DNA of 64,000 bases from the NCBI GenBank assembly GCA_963716175.1, contig OY970296.1, positions 2,912,001 to 2,976,000 of the forward strand, given 5' to 3'. Shown in pieces: positions 21,338 through 30,473 of the stretch. Under the pieces are notes generated by a model. The model saw only the letters and a list, made by a program, of their open reading frames with translations. It made no database searches and was not told the DNA's origin. The translations under genes were made by a program, and so were the position numbers. This DNA is from an uncultured Armatimonadetes bacterium. GTDB lineage: Bacteria; Armatimonadota; Hebobacteria; Hebobacterales; Hebobacteraceae. The stretch's first letter is position 1. Every line of letters begins with the position of its first letter.

Positions 21338-22379
21338 CCCGCTAGCGGCAGACCTGGATCACATCCTCGCCCACACCCGGGACCTGTGGGAAGACCTGCG
21401 CGGCAGACGCGTCTTCATCACCGGGGGCACTGGCTTCTTCGGCTGCTGGTTGCTCGAGAGCTTCCTATGGGCGAATGACAAGCTCGATCTGCAGGCCTCG
21501 GCCACCGTGTTGACCAGAGACCCCGATGCTTCTCGCGCCAAGGTGCCCCACCTTGCCGGCCATCCGTCCATTGATCTCCAGGCGGGCGATGTCACGGATT
21601 TCCGCTTTCCGGGTGGGGGGTACTCTCATCTCATCCACGCCGCCACCGAGGCCAGCGCTCAGCTCATCCGAGACAACCCGCTGCTGATGTGGCGCACCAT
21701 AGCGGAAGGCACGCAGCGCACACTGGAGTTCGCAGTGCATTGCGGGGCAGCGCGTTACCTGCTCACCAGCTCGGGCGCGGTCTATGGGAAGCAACCGCCC
21801 GAGCTGAGTCACACACCGGAGGACTACCCAGGCGCGCCCGACTCGCTCGACCCGGGGTCGGCCTATGGGGAGGGCAAACGGGCGGCTGAGCAGTTGTGCG
21901 CCCTCTACGCGGCCGGACACGGGATCGAAGTCGCCATCGCGCGCGGGTTCGTCTTCGTCGGCCCCTACCTGCCCCTCGACCGGCACTTTGCGGTGGGGAA
22001 TTTCATCAGAGACGGCCTGCGAGGCGGCCCTATCGTGGTGACCGGCGACGGGACCCCGTATCGCTCTTACCTCTACGCCGCCGACCTGGCGATCTGGCTC
22101 TGGACTATCCTCTTGCGCGGGAAGTCTTGCCGTGCGTATAATGTCGGATCAGAGGTAGCCGTTACCATCGCTGACCTGGCACATGCAGTTGCGGATGCCT
22201 TCGAGCCGCCACAGCACGTCATCGTTGCCCGGAAGCCCGTCCCCGAGGCGCCTTCCGAGCGCTATGTTCCCTCCACCGCTCGGGCGCAACGAGAGCTCAG
22301 CCTTCGGCAGACGGTCTCGTTGCAGCAATCTATACAGAGAACCCTGGACTGGCACCGATGTCGCATTTCGATGGGCTGA
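21330..22379 (+). CDS. NAD-dependent epimerase/reductase (SDR); no canonical start codon before the Rossmann motif
   Basis: The reading frame includes [11 protein letters not shown]...[11 protein letters not shown] upstream of the called TTG 21450. SSGAVYG and YGEGK motifs. Confidence 0.85.
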   Translation: MSNPLAADLDHILAHTRDLWEDLRGRRVFITGGTGFFGCWLLESFLWANDKLDLQASATVLTRDPDASRAKVPHLAGHPSIDLQAGDVTDFRFPGGGYSHLIHAATEASAQLIRDNPLLMWRTIAEGTQRTLEFAVHCGAARYLLTSSGAVYGKQPPELSHTPEDYPGAPDSLDPGSAYGEGKRAAEQLCALYAAGHGIEVAIARGFVFVGPYLPLDRHFAVGNFIRDGLRGGPIVVTGDGTPYRSYLYAADLAIWLWTILLRGKSCRAYNVGSEVAVTIADLAHAVADAFEPPQHVIVARKPVPEAPSERYVPSTARAQRELSLRQTVSLQQSIQRTLDWHRCRISMG

Positions 22380-22439
22380 TCGCTCGAGTGACAGATGGCA
22401 GGGGAAGCGTTCTGGGGAACGGCCCGGAAGTAGTAGATA

Positions 22440-24182
22440 ATGGCCTCGTCCCAGGTTAAGTCGGCGGACTATCTCGTATCGTTCCTCGAAGCCCAGGGGG
22501 TGCCCTGCGTTTTCGAGTTGTCGGGAGGCATGATAACTCATCTCCTCGATGCCTTCTGTCGCCGTGGGCGGATTCCGCTGGTTAGCATGCACCACGAGCA
22601 GGCAGCAGCATTCGCGGTGGACGCGGTCGGAAAACTCACCGGGAAGCCAGCTGTTGCGATGGCCACTAGCGGACCAGGAGCCACTAACCTTCTTACCGGT
22701 ATCGCCACCTGTTTCTTTGATTCCTCGCCCGGTGTCTTCGTCACGGGACAGGTGAACCGCGACGAGCAGAAAGGCAACCGCCCCATCCGGCAGTTGGGGT
22801 TTCAGGAAACCGACATCGTCGCCATCGCTCGTCCTGTCACGAAAGCTGCCTGGCAGGTTCGGGTTCCCGAAGAGCTGCCAGGCCTGCTGTATCAGGCCTT
22901 CGCACTGGCCGTGGCCGGGCGGCCCGGGCCGGTCCTTCTCGACATCCCAATGGACGTGCAGCGTGCGCCTATCGCGGCCGGAGAATCGCAGGGACCGCTC
23001 CCGCCGCCAGCGCCTGCGCAGACCATTGATTGCGCCGCTCTGAGTGAGTTGTGCGCTGCGCTCATGGCGGCTCAGAGACCACTGATTCTCGCTGGTGGAG
23101 GCGTGCGGTGCGCTCAGGCCATTTCCGAGCTGCGCGCCTTTGCCCTTGAGCTTTCTGTGCCGGTCGCGTACTCGCTGCATGCTGTTGATGTGCTGCCCTC
23201 AGGCGATCCGCTACGGGTGGGGATGATCGGTAGCTACGGCAACCGATGGGCCAACCTCACGCTAGCGAGATCCGATCTTCTGCTTGTGCTTGGCAGCCGC
23301 CTTGACATCCGGCAAACTGGGTCGCAGGTGCAAGCAATCGTCGAGGGCCGTCGCGTTTTCCACGTTGACTGTGATGCCGGCGAGATCAACAACCGGGTCA
23401 CGGGATGCTACCCGGTCGTCGCTGACCTGCGAACGTTCTTCGCCGCTGCCAAGCGACACATGGCCGGGCGGCGCTTCCCGGATCGCGCTGCCTGGCTGGA
23501 GGAGATTGGTGCCCTAAGGCGCGCTTGGCCCGACACTCGCGAGCTTGCGGGCGTCCCTGGCATCAACCCCAATACCTTCATGCACCGGCTCTCGGGCGCG
23601 TCCACCCGCGCTGCTGGCTACGTGGTAGACGTAGGCCAGCATCAGATGTGGGCTGCGCAGTCTCTCGACCTTACTCCTGACCAGCGTTTTCTGACAACAG
23701 GTGGCATGGGATCCATGGGCTATGCCTTGCCCGCCGCTATCGGCATGTCCTGCATTACCAAGCCGCAGCCGGTAGTGGTGATCTCTGGCGACGGCGGCTT
23801 CCAGTGCAACATCCAGGAGCTGCAAACCGTCGTGCACAATGAGCTTCCCACGAAGATCGTCGTCCTGAACAACGGCTGTCTTGGCATGGTGCGCCAGTTC
23901 CAGGAGTCTTACTTCGAGTGCCGCTATCAGTCCACCATGTGGGGCTACAGCGCCCCTGACTTCGCCCGCGTTTGCAGCGCCTATGGCGTGCCTGGTCGCA
24001 CTATCACCGTAGAGAGCGAGCTTGACGACGCCCTAGCCTGGCTCTGGCGACAACCCGATCGGCCGGCCTTGCTCCAGGTCATGGTCGATCCCTTCGCAAA
24101 CGTCTATCCAAAGATCGCATTTGGACGGCCCATCGCCGAGATGGAGCCACTTGCGAAGCCATTGCCGATGGACGGCACCTGA
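22440..24182 (+). CDS. ThDP-dependent acetolactate-synthase-like enzyme, YerE-like by context
   Basis: HHEQAAAFA, TSGPGATN, GFQETD and GDGG...LNN ThDP motif; embedded in the CDP-dideoxy sugar cluster. Confidence 0.85.
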   Translation: MASSQVKSADYLVSFLEAQGVPCVFELSGGMITHLLDAFCRRGRIPLVSMHHEQAAAFAVDAVGKLTGKPAVAMATSGPGATNLLTGIATCFFDSSPGVFVTGQVNRDEQKGNRPIRQLGFQETDIVAIARPVTKAAWQVRVPEELPGLLYQAFALAVAGRPGPVLLDIPMDVQRAPIAAGESQGPLPPPAPAQTIDCAALSELCAALMAAQRPLILAGGGVRCAQAISELRAFALELSVPVAYSLHAVDVLPSGDPLRVGMIGSYGNRWANLTLARSDLLLVLGSRLDIRQTGSQVQAIVEGRRVFHVDCDAGEINNRVTGCYPVVADLRTFFAAAKRHMAGRRFPDRAAWLEEIGALRRAWPDTRELAGVPGINPNTFMHRLSGASTRAAGYVVDVGQHQMWAAQSLDLTPDQRFLTTGGMGSMGYALPAAIGMSCITKPQPVVVISGDGGFQCNIQELQTVVHNELPTKIVVLNNGCLGMVRQFQESYFECRYQSTMWGYSAPDFARVCSAYGVPGRTITVESELDDALAWLWRQPDRPALLQVMVDPFANVYPKIAFGRPIAEMEPLAKPLPMDGT

Positions 24183-24247
24183 TTGTAGCATCGAATCCCT
24201 GTGCGCGCAGAACCGTTCTGTGCTGCTGGGGATATGAGGGATAGGTC

Positions 24248-25216
24248 ATGCGTCTCATCAGTGTCGTTACGCCCTGCTACAACGAGGAGGAGAACGTCGC
24301 TGAGCTGTACCGGCAGGTCAAACAGGTCTTTGCCGGCCTGCACGGCTACTGCTATGAGCACATCTTCATAGACAACGCCTCCAGAGACAACACGGTGCCG
24401 ATACTCAGGGAGATCGCGGCCGCTGACAGGCGAGTCAAGGTCATCGTGAACGCTCGCAACTTCGGCCACATTCGCTCCCCCTACTACGCGATGATGCAAG
24501 CCAGAGGCGATGCAGTTATAGGTATCGTAGCCGACCTGCAAGACCCGCCGGCGCTGATCCCCGAATTCATCCGCCAGTGGGAGGAAGGGTACAAGGTCGT
24601 CCTCGGCATCAAGGAGAAGAGCGAGGAATCACGTCTCTTCTTCCTCCTGAGAAGCATCTACTACAAGCTCTTGCGCCGCCTCTCGGATGTCGAGCTGATC
24701 GAGCACTTCACCGGCTTTGGGCTCTACGACAGGCAGGTGGTGGAAATCCTGCGCGGCCTGAAGGATGCTTACCCCTACTTCCGCGGCATCATCGCCGACA
24801 TCGGCTTCGAGAGCGCGAAGGTGAAGTACCTCCAGCCGGTCAGGAAGCGCGGCCTCACCAAGAATAACCTCTACACTCTCTTCGACATGGCCATGCTCGG
24901 CCTGACGAGCTACACGAAGGTGCCGCTTCGTCTGGCCACGATCTTCGGGTTCGGGTGCTCCGCGCTCAGCCTGCTGGTGGCGCTAGTGTACTTCGTCTAC
25001 AAGCTGATCTTCTGGCGGAGCTTCTCGGTGGGCGTCGCACCGCTGGTGATAGGTCTGTTCTTCTTCGCCTCGGTGCAGCTTTTCTTCCTCGGGATTATCG
25101 GCGAGTACATCGGGGCTGTGCACACCCAGGTGCTCGGCCGGCCCCTGGTGGTCGTAAAGGAGACGATCAACTTCTCTTCCGGCCCGGCCGACGACACCGC
25201 GCAGGACAAGTCGTAG
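24248..25216 (+). CDS. GT2 polyprenyl-phosphate glycosyltransferase (GtrB-like, two C-terminal TM helices)
   Basis: TPCYNEE, IDNASRD, RNFGH and ADLQDPP motifs; C-terminal TM pair ending LGIIGEYIG. Confidence 0.9.
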   Translation: MRLISVVTPCYNEEENVAELYRQVKQVFAGLHGYCYEHIFIDNASRDNTVPILREIAAADRRVKVIVNARNFGHIRSPYYAMMQARGDAVIGIVADLQDPPALIPEFIRQWEEGYKVVLGIKEKSEESRLFFLLRSIYYKLLRRLSDVELIEHFTGFGLYDRQVVEILRGLKDAYPYFRGIIADIGFESAKVKYLQPVRKRGLTKNNLYTLFDMAMLGLTSYTKVPLRLATIFGFGCSALSLLVALVYFVYKLIFWRSFSVGVAPLVIGLFFFASVQLFFLGIIGEYIGAVHTQVLGRPLVVVKETINFSSGPADDTAQDKS

Positions 25217-25223
25217 CGGCCGC

Positions 25224-26195
25224 ATGGCGCCAGGGCCCCGCCACAAGGCGCTGCTGCTGCGGACGTTCGTTGTTCTCCTGGCTGCCGCCGGCCTGTTCTT
25301 CGCCTTCCGCGGCGTGGACTGGCACGAGATGCTCGGCATCATGCGGCGTGCCCGCCTCACCTACCTCGCCCTTGCCTGCCTGGTGCTGAGCCTGTCATAC
25401 GGCCTCCGGGGTCTGCGCTGGCGGGTGCTGCTCAGCGCAGAGAAGCTGATCCCGGCCAGCACGGTATTCTGGGCGAATATGGTGGGCTATCTGGGCAACA
25501 ACTTCCTTCCCGCCCGCGCCGGCGAGCTGATCCGGTCGGTGATGCTGGGCCAGCGCGCAGGTATCAGCAAGAGCTTCGTGCTCGCCACCGCCATCACCGA
25601 GAGAATCATGGATGTGGTGGTCCTGGTCATCATCAGCGCAGTAGCAGCGGTGACCCTGGGCAACCTGCCGGGGTGGTTGGTCTCGGCCGCCAAGGTCATG
25701 GGCGCGCTGGGGCTGGCCTGCTTGCTCATCCTTTACCTGGCCGCTCGCTCTCACGCGTTCCTTGCTGGGCTGCTAGCGCACCTTCCCTCGCCTGTGGGCA
25801 TGCGCTCGCGCGTCGCCAGCATCACAGAGCAGTTTCTGGCCGGCACCCGGGCGATCCACCATCCCTCTCGGGGACTTGGCTTCGCCGGCCTGGCCGCGGC
25901 GATCTGGCTGATGGACGCCTTCTCCTCAATGCTCGGAGCGAAAGCCCTGTCCCTGGTCCTGACCCTGCCCCAGGCCCTGATCCTGCTCGCCGCCCTGGGC
26001 CTGGCCAGCGCCCTTCCCTCCACCCCGGGCGCGGTGGGCATCTACCAACTGGTGGCCGTGACCATTCTCATGCCCTTCGGCTACAGCCGCGACTCCGCCC
26101 TCGCCTACATCCTCGTCGCCCAAGCCTGCGCCTATGTGGTCGTCACCGTCTGGGGCCTAGGAGGGCTGTGGCGACTAGGAGCAGCGAGCGGTTAG
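25224..26195 (+). CDS. Flippase-like LPG-synthase TM (UPF0104/AglD2-like) protein
   Basis: RWRVLL, NNFLPARAGELIR, ERIMD and PSTPGAVG motifs. Confidence 0.85.
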   Translation: MAPGPRHKALLLRTFVVLLAAAGLFFAFRGVDWHEMLGIMRRARLTYLALACLVLSLSYGLRGLRWRVLLSAEKLIPASTVFWANMVGYLGNNFLPARAGELIRSVMLGQRAGISKSFVLATAITERIMDVVVLVIISAVAAVTLGNLPGWLVSAAKVMGALGLACLLILYLAARSHAFLAGLLAHLPSPVGMRSRVASITEQFLAGTRAIHHPSRGLGFAGLAAAIWLMDAFSSMLGAKALSLVLTLPQALILLAALGLASALPSTPGAVGIYQLVAVTILMPFGYSRDSALAYILVAQACAYVVVTVWGLGGLWRLGAASG

Positions 26196-26410
26196 GCATG
26201 CAGAGCAGTCTGTGCTCCTGCCGGAAGCGTCCGGCCGGGTCCCTCATACCCGCGGCCGGCACTGGCAGGTGAGCGAACCTTCAAGGCAGAATCATGGAAG
26301 TGAGGCCAGAGCAGAGTATCCTGGTGTGATGGCGGCCCCGCAGTCCGGCCCGCGAGGGGTGCGGTGCGAGAGTCGGCTCGGGCGGACGAGCGGCAGGGTG
26401 AATCAGTGAC

Positions 26411-27439
26411 ATGAGGACAAGCGCAGGCCTCCGTGTGGCAGTAGTGGGATGTGGCTACTGGGGGCCCAACCTGGTGCGCAATCTCGCCGCGTTGGAGGGG
26501 GTGGAGGTAGCAGTTTGCTGCGATCTCCAGCAGCCCAACCTGGCGCGTGTGGCCTCTCTCGTCCCTTCCGCTCAGCTAGTCACCTCCCTCCGCCAGGCTC
26601 TCTCCGAGGACGTCGCTGCCGTCGCCATCGCCACCCCGGCCGATACCCACTACGAGATGGCGCGGGAGACTTTGGAGGCCGGGAAGGATGTGCTGGTCGA
26701 GAAGCCTCTAACTCTCTCGACCTCCCAGGCCGAGGATCTGGCCCGACTGGCCCATGAGCGGGGGCGCATCCTCATGGTCGGCCACACGTTTCTCTACAAT
26801 CCCGCGGTGCGGCGTCTGAAGGAGTACCTGGACGCGGGCGAGCTGGGGGAGATCTACTACGGGTACTCCCATCGCCTCAACTTGGGGCAGGTGCGGAGAG
26901 TCGAAAACGTGTGGTGGAACCTCGGTCCCCACGATGTTTCCATCTTCAACTATCTCTTTGCCTCTTGTCCGGTGGCCGCGCAGGGGTATGGAGCGGCCTA
27001 CCTGCAAGAGGGGGTAGAGGATATCGCCTTCGTCGTGCTTCACTACCCCGCGGGGAAAGTGGCGCACATCCATGTGTCTTGGCTCGATCCGGGGAAGGTG
27101 CGAAAGGTCACCGTCGTGGGCGCGAAGAAAATGGCGCTGTTCAACGATATGCAGAGCGACGGGCCGCTCATGCTCTTCGACAAGAAGGCGGTGCGAGAGC
27201 CGACCGAGGACATCCACGGGGGCTATCGTCTGCGTCTGCATTCGGGCGATGTGCTGATCCCGAGCATCTCCCGGCAAGAGCCGCTGCGAGTGGAGTGCGA
27301 GCACTTCATCGAGTGCGTCCGCACCCGCCAGCAGCCCCTCACCGGCGCTTGGCACGGGGTGGAAGTGGTGCGGGTCATGGAGGCGGTCTCTCGCTCCATG
27401 AGGAACTCGGGAGAGCTAGTGCAGGTGCCGGCGGCATGA
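26411..27439 (+). CDS. Gfo/Idh/MocA oxidoreductase (nucleotide-sugar dehydrogenase)
   Basis: VVGCGYWGPN, VEKP, MVGHTFLYNP, PHD and SWLDPGK motifs. Confidence 0.9.
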   Translation: MRTSAGLRVAVVGCGYWGPNLVRNLAALEGVEVAVCCDLQQPNLARVASLVPSAQLVTSLRQALSEDVAAVAIATPADTHYEMARETLEAGKDVLVEKPLTLSTSQAEDLARLAHERGRILMVGHTFLYNPAVRRLKEYLDAGELGEIYYGYSHRLNLGQVRRVENVWWNLGPHDVSIFNYLFASCPVAAQGYGAAYLQEGVEDIAFVVLHYPAGKVAHIHVSWLDPGKVRKVTVVGAKKMALFNDMQSDGPLMLFDKKAVREPTEDIHGGYRLRLHSGDVLIPSISRQEPLRVECEHFIECVRTRQQPLTGAWHGVEVVRVMEAVSRSMRNSGELVQVPAA

Positions 27440-28095
27440 GCGAAGTGTCAGCTCCGGCCGAGCCGATCATCCTGGCCCAAGTCCAGATCGGTGAGGGCTG
27501 CCAGTTCGAGCCCTACACTATCCTGGGCAAGCCGCCGCGGGGCGCCCGGGAGGGTGAGTTCCCGACCGTGCTGGGGTCCGGGTGCGTGATTCGCTCTCAC
27601 ACTGTCATTTACGCGGGTAACACCATCGGCCACCGGCTTCAGACAGGCCACCATGTCACGATCCGCGAGCACAATCAGATCGGCGATGATGTCAGCATCG
27701 GCACCGGGTCCATCATCGAGCATCACATCACCGTCGGGCGAGGTGTGCGGATCCACAGCGGGGTGTTCATCCCCGAGTACACAGTGCTGGAGGAGGGGTG
27801 CTGGATCGGGCCCGCGGTGGTGGCCACTAATGCCCTGCACCCGCTCTGCCCCAGCGCCAAGCAGTGTCTGCGGGGGCCGACGGTGCGCCGGGGGGCCAAG
27901 GTAGGGGCTAACGTCACCTTGCTGCCTGGAGTGGAGATCGGGGCTGGCGCGGTGGTGGGCGCGGGGTCGGTGGTGGCAGACGACGTGCCAGCTGGGTCAG
28001 TGGTGGTGGGCAACCCGGCGAGGGTGATCAAGCAGGTCGCCGACCTCCGCTGCCCGTTTGGGCTGGTGGAGAAGCCTTATCCCGCGGAGCCCTGA
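27436..28095 (+). CDS. Hexapeptide-repeat N-acetyltransferase
   Basis: Left-handed beta-helix repeats, IGAGAVVGAGSVV and VVGNPAR motifs. ATGA overlap with the upstream gene. Confidence 0.88.
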   Translation: MSEVSAPAEPIILAQVQIGEGCQFEPYTILGKPPRGAREGEFPTVLGSGCVIRSHTVIYAGNTIGHRLQTGHHVTIREHNQIGDDVSIGTGSIIEHHITVGRGVRIHSGVFIPEYTVLEEGCWIGPAVVATNALHPLCPSAKQCLRGPTVRRGAKVGANVTLLPGVEIGAGAVVGAGSVVADDVPAGSVVVGNPARVIKQVADLRCPFGLVEKPYPAEP

Positions 28096-28096
28096 C

Positions 28097-29209
28097 ATGC
28101 GCATACCGCTGGTGGACTTGAAAGCCCAGTACGCGGCGATCAAACCCGAGATAGATGCTGCCATCCGGCAAGTGGTGGAGAGCACCACTTTCATCATGGG
28201 GGAGCCGGTCAAGCGGTTCGAAGCAGCCTTTGCCAAGTACTGCGGGGCCCGACACTGCATTGGCACCAGCTCCGGCACCACGGCCCTCCATCTGGCGCTG
28301 CTGGTATGCGACATCAAGCCGGGCGACGAAGTCATCACAGTGCCCCACACTTTCATCGCCACTACCGAGACCATCAGCCAGACAGGGGCGCGTCCGGTGT
28401 TCGTGGATGTGGACCCGGCGACTTACACCATGGGCCCGAAGGCGCTGGAAAGAGCGATCACGCCTCGCACCAGGGCCGTGCTGCCGGTCCACCTGTACGG
28501 GCATCCCGCCGACATGGACCCGATTCTGGAGGTGGCGCATCGGCACGGGCTGAGGGTGATCGAGGATGCCGCTCAGGCCCATGGGGCCGAGTACAAGGGC
28601 AAGCGAGTGGGCCTGCTGGGCGACATAGCCGCGTTCAGCTTCTTCCCGGGGAAGAACCTGGGAGCCTATGGGGACGCGGGCGCGCTGGTGACCAATGACG
28701 ACGCGCTGGCCGGCCGCGCCCGCCTCCTGGCCAACCACGGCCGGGAGTCCAAGTACGAGCACCTGGTGGAGGGGTTCAACTATCGGCTGGATGCCCTGCA
28801 GGCCGCGGTGCTGGAGGCCAAGTTGGCTCATCTGGAGGCCTGGACTGAACGGCGCCGCAGCCACGCGGCTCGCTATCACGAACTCCTTCAGCTGACCGGC
28901 CTGCCCCTGCCCGTGGAAGCGCCTTGGGCGAGGCACGTCTACCACCTCTACGTGGTGAGGGTCCCAGACCGCGATGGGGTGCTCGAGCGGCTGCAAGCCG
29001 CAGGGATCGGCGCGGGCGTGCACTATCCCATCCCGCTGCACCTGCAGCCGGCCTACTCACGCCTGGGGCACCGCCGGGGTGACTTTCCGGCCTCCGAGGC
29101 GGCCGCCGATTCCGTGCTCTCTCTGCCCCTGTACCCTGAGATGACGGCGGAGATGGTCGAGACCGTGGCGCGCGTGCTCCAGCAAGAGCTGAGACGAGGA
29201 ACCGGCTAG
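28097..29209 (+). CDS. DegT/DnrJ/EryC1/StrS aminotransferase
   Basis: VHLYG, EDAAQAHG, SFFPGKNLGAYGDAG and HYPIPLH motifs. Confidence 0.95.
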   Translation: MRIPLVDLKAQYAAIKPEIDAAIRQVVESTTFIMGEPVKRFEAAFAKYCGARHCIGTSSGTTALHLALLVCDIKPGDEVITVPHTFIATTETISQTGARPVFVDVDPATYTMGPKALERAITPRTRAVLPVHLYGHPADMDPILEVAHRHGLRVIEDAAQAHGAEYKGKRVGLLGDIAAFSFFPGKNLGAYGDAGALVTNDDALAGRARLLANHGRESKYEHLVEGFNYRLDALQAAVLEAKLAHLEAWTERRRSHAARYHELLQLTGLPLPVEAPWARHVYHLYVVRVPDRDGVLERLQAAGIGAGVHYPIPLHLQPAYSRLGHRRGDFPASEAAADSVLSLPLYPEMTAEMVETVARVLQQELRRGTG

Positions 29210-29376
29210 TGGCCTATCGTGATCGCTCTGTGGCTCTGGTGATCCCGGCTCGCAACGAGGAGCGGCTGATCACGCCGACCCTGGAATCGGTGCCCCCCTT
29301 CGTGGACACCATCTATATGGTAGACCATGGCAGCACCCATCAGGCGCCGGAAGCAGTTGGCAAGAGCACGCAGTAG
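29209..29376 (+). pseudogene. Truncated GT2 N-terminus (55 codons)
   Basis: Reads VAYRDRSVALVIPARNEERLITPTLESVPPFVDTIYMVDHGSTH, then stops. VDDGSTD has decayed to VDHGSTH. Confidence 0.65.
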
Positions 29377-29405
29377 GCCTGAGCGCGCATGGGGCGAGGA
29401 CGGCG

Positions 29406-30365
29406 ATGAAGCTCATCATCCAGATCCCGTGCTACAACGAAGAGGAAACGCTCCCGGCGACTCTCGCCGACCTGCCTCGCGAGATCCTGGGCATAGAGTC
29501 CGTCGAGGTGCTGGTGATTGACGACGGGAGCACTGATGCCACCGCAGATGTGGCTCGCCGACTGGGTGTGCATCACATCGTGCGTTTCGCCAGAAACCGT
29601 GGTCTTGCCACCGCCTTTGCCGCAGGGCTCAATGCTGCGCTCACCGCCGGCGCCGACATCATCGTCAACACTGATGCCGACAACCAGTATCACGGGGCCG
29701 ACGTCACTGCCCTCGTCACCCCCATCCTCCGCGGTGAGGCCGACATCGTCATCGGCGACCGCCAAACCCACACTATCCCGCACTTCTCCTGGACTAAGAA
29801 GCGCCTCCAGAAGGTGGGCAGTTGGGTGGTCAGAAGGCTGTCCGGGCTCGAGGTCGCCGACGCCGCGAGCGGGTTCCGGGCCTACTCCCGGGAGGCCGCG
29901 CTACGCCTCAACGTTGTCTCCGATTTCTCCTACACCCTGGAGACGATCCTCCAAGCCGCGAACGAGGGCCTGAAGGTTGTCTCTGTGCCGGTGCGCACCA
30001 ACCCTGTGCTGCGCAGGTCCCGGCTCTTCCGCGGGATCCTCGTCTACGTTCGCCGTCAGGTCGAGACCCTTGTCCGGGTCTACGCCATGTATCAGCCCCT
30101 CCGGCTTTTCCTCTGGCTTGGCAGCCTATTCGCGCTCGTCGGATTCGCGTTCGAGGCCCGGTTCCTCTACTACTTCCTGGCCGGCCGCGGCGGGGGGCAC
30201 ATCCAATCCGTCATCATCGGCGGGGTGCTGCTAGTGATGGGCTTTTTCTGCATGCTCGGCGGCATCATCGCGGACCTGATCGCCTCCAACCGCAAGCTGC
30301 TCGAGGATGTCCTCTATCGAGTGCGGCGACAGGAGGCCGAGCGCGACCAAGACACGCCCCGGTAG
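29406..30365 (+). CDS. GT2 glycosyltransferase with two C-terminal TM helices
   Basis: IPCYNEE, IDDGSTD, NTDADNQY, SGFRAY and FSYTLET motifs. Confidence 0.9.
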   Translation: MKLIIQIPCYNEEETLPATLADLPREILGIESVEVLVIDDGSTDATADVARRLGVHHIVRFARNRGLATAFAAGLNAALTAGADIIVNTDADNQYHGADVTALVTPILRGEADIVIGDRQTHTIPHFSWTKKRLQKVGSWVVRRLSGLEVADAASGFRAYSREAALRLNVVSDFSYTLETILQAANEGLKVVSVPVRTNPVLRRSRLFRGILVYVRRQVETLVRVYAMYQPLRLFLWLGSLFALVGFAFEARFLYYFLAGRGGGHIQSVIIGGVLLVMGFFCMLGGIIADLIASNRKLLEDVLYRVRRQEAERDQDTPR

Positions 30366-30473
30366 GTCGCAGCCAGCGCCCGCGCCCATCCCCGACGCGC
30401 CAGAAGTCAGCCGTGGCACCAGATACGGAAACCGTGGATCCCCGTCTCCGCGGAGAAGTAGGCCGGCCGCTGA

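Noticed and set aside
22440-24182. Housekeeping ilvB
   Set aside because: No ilvN or ilvC nearby; context points to sugar branching.
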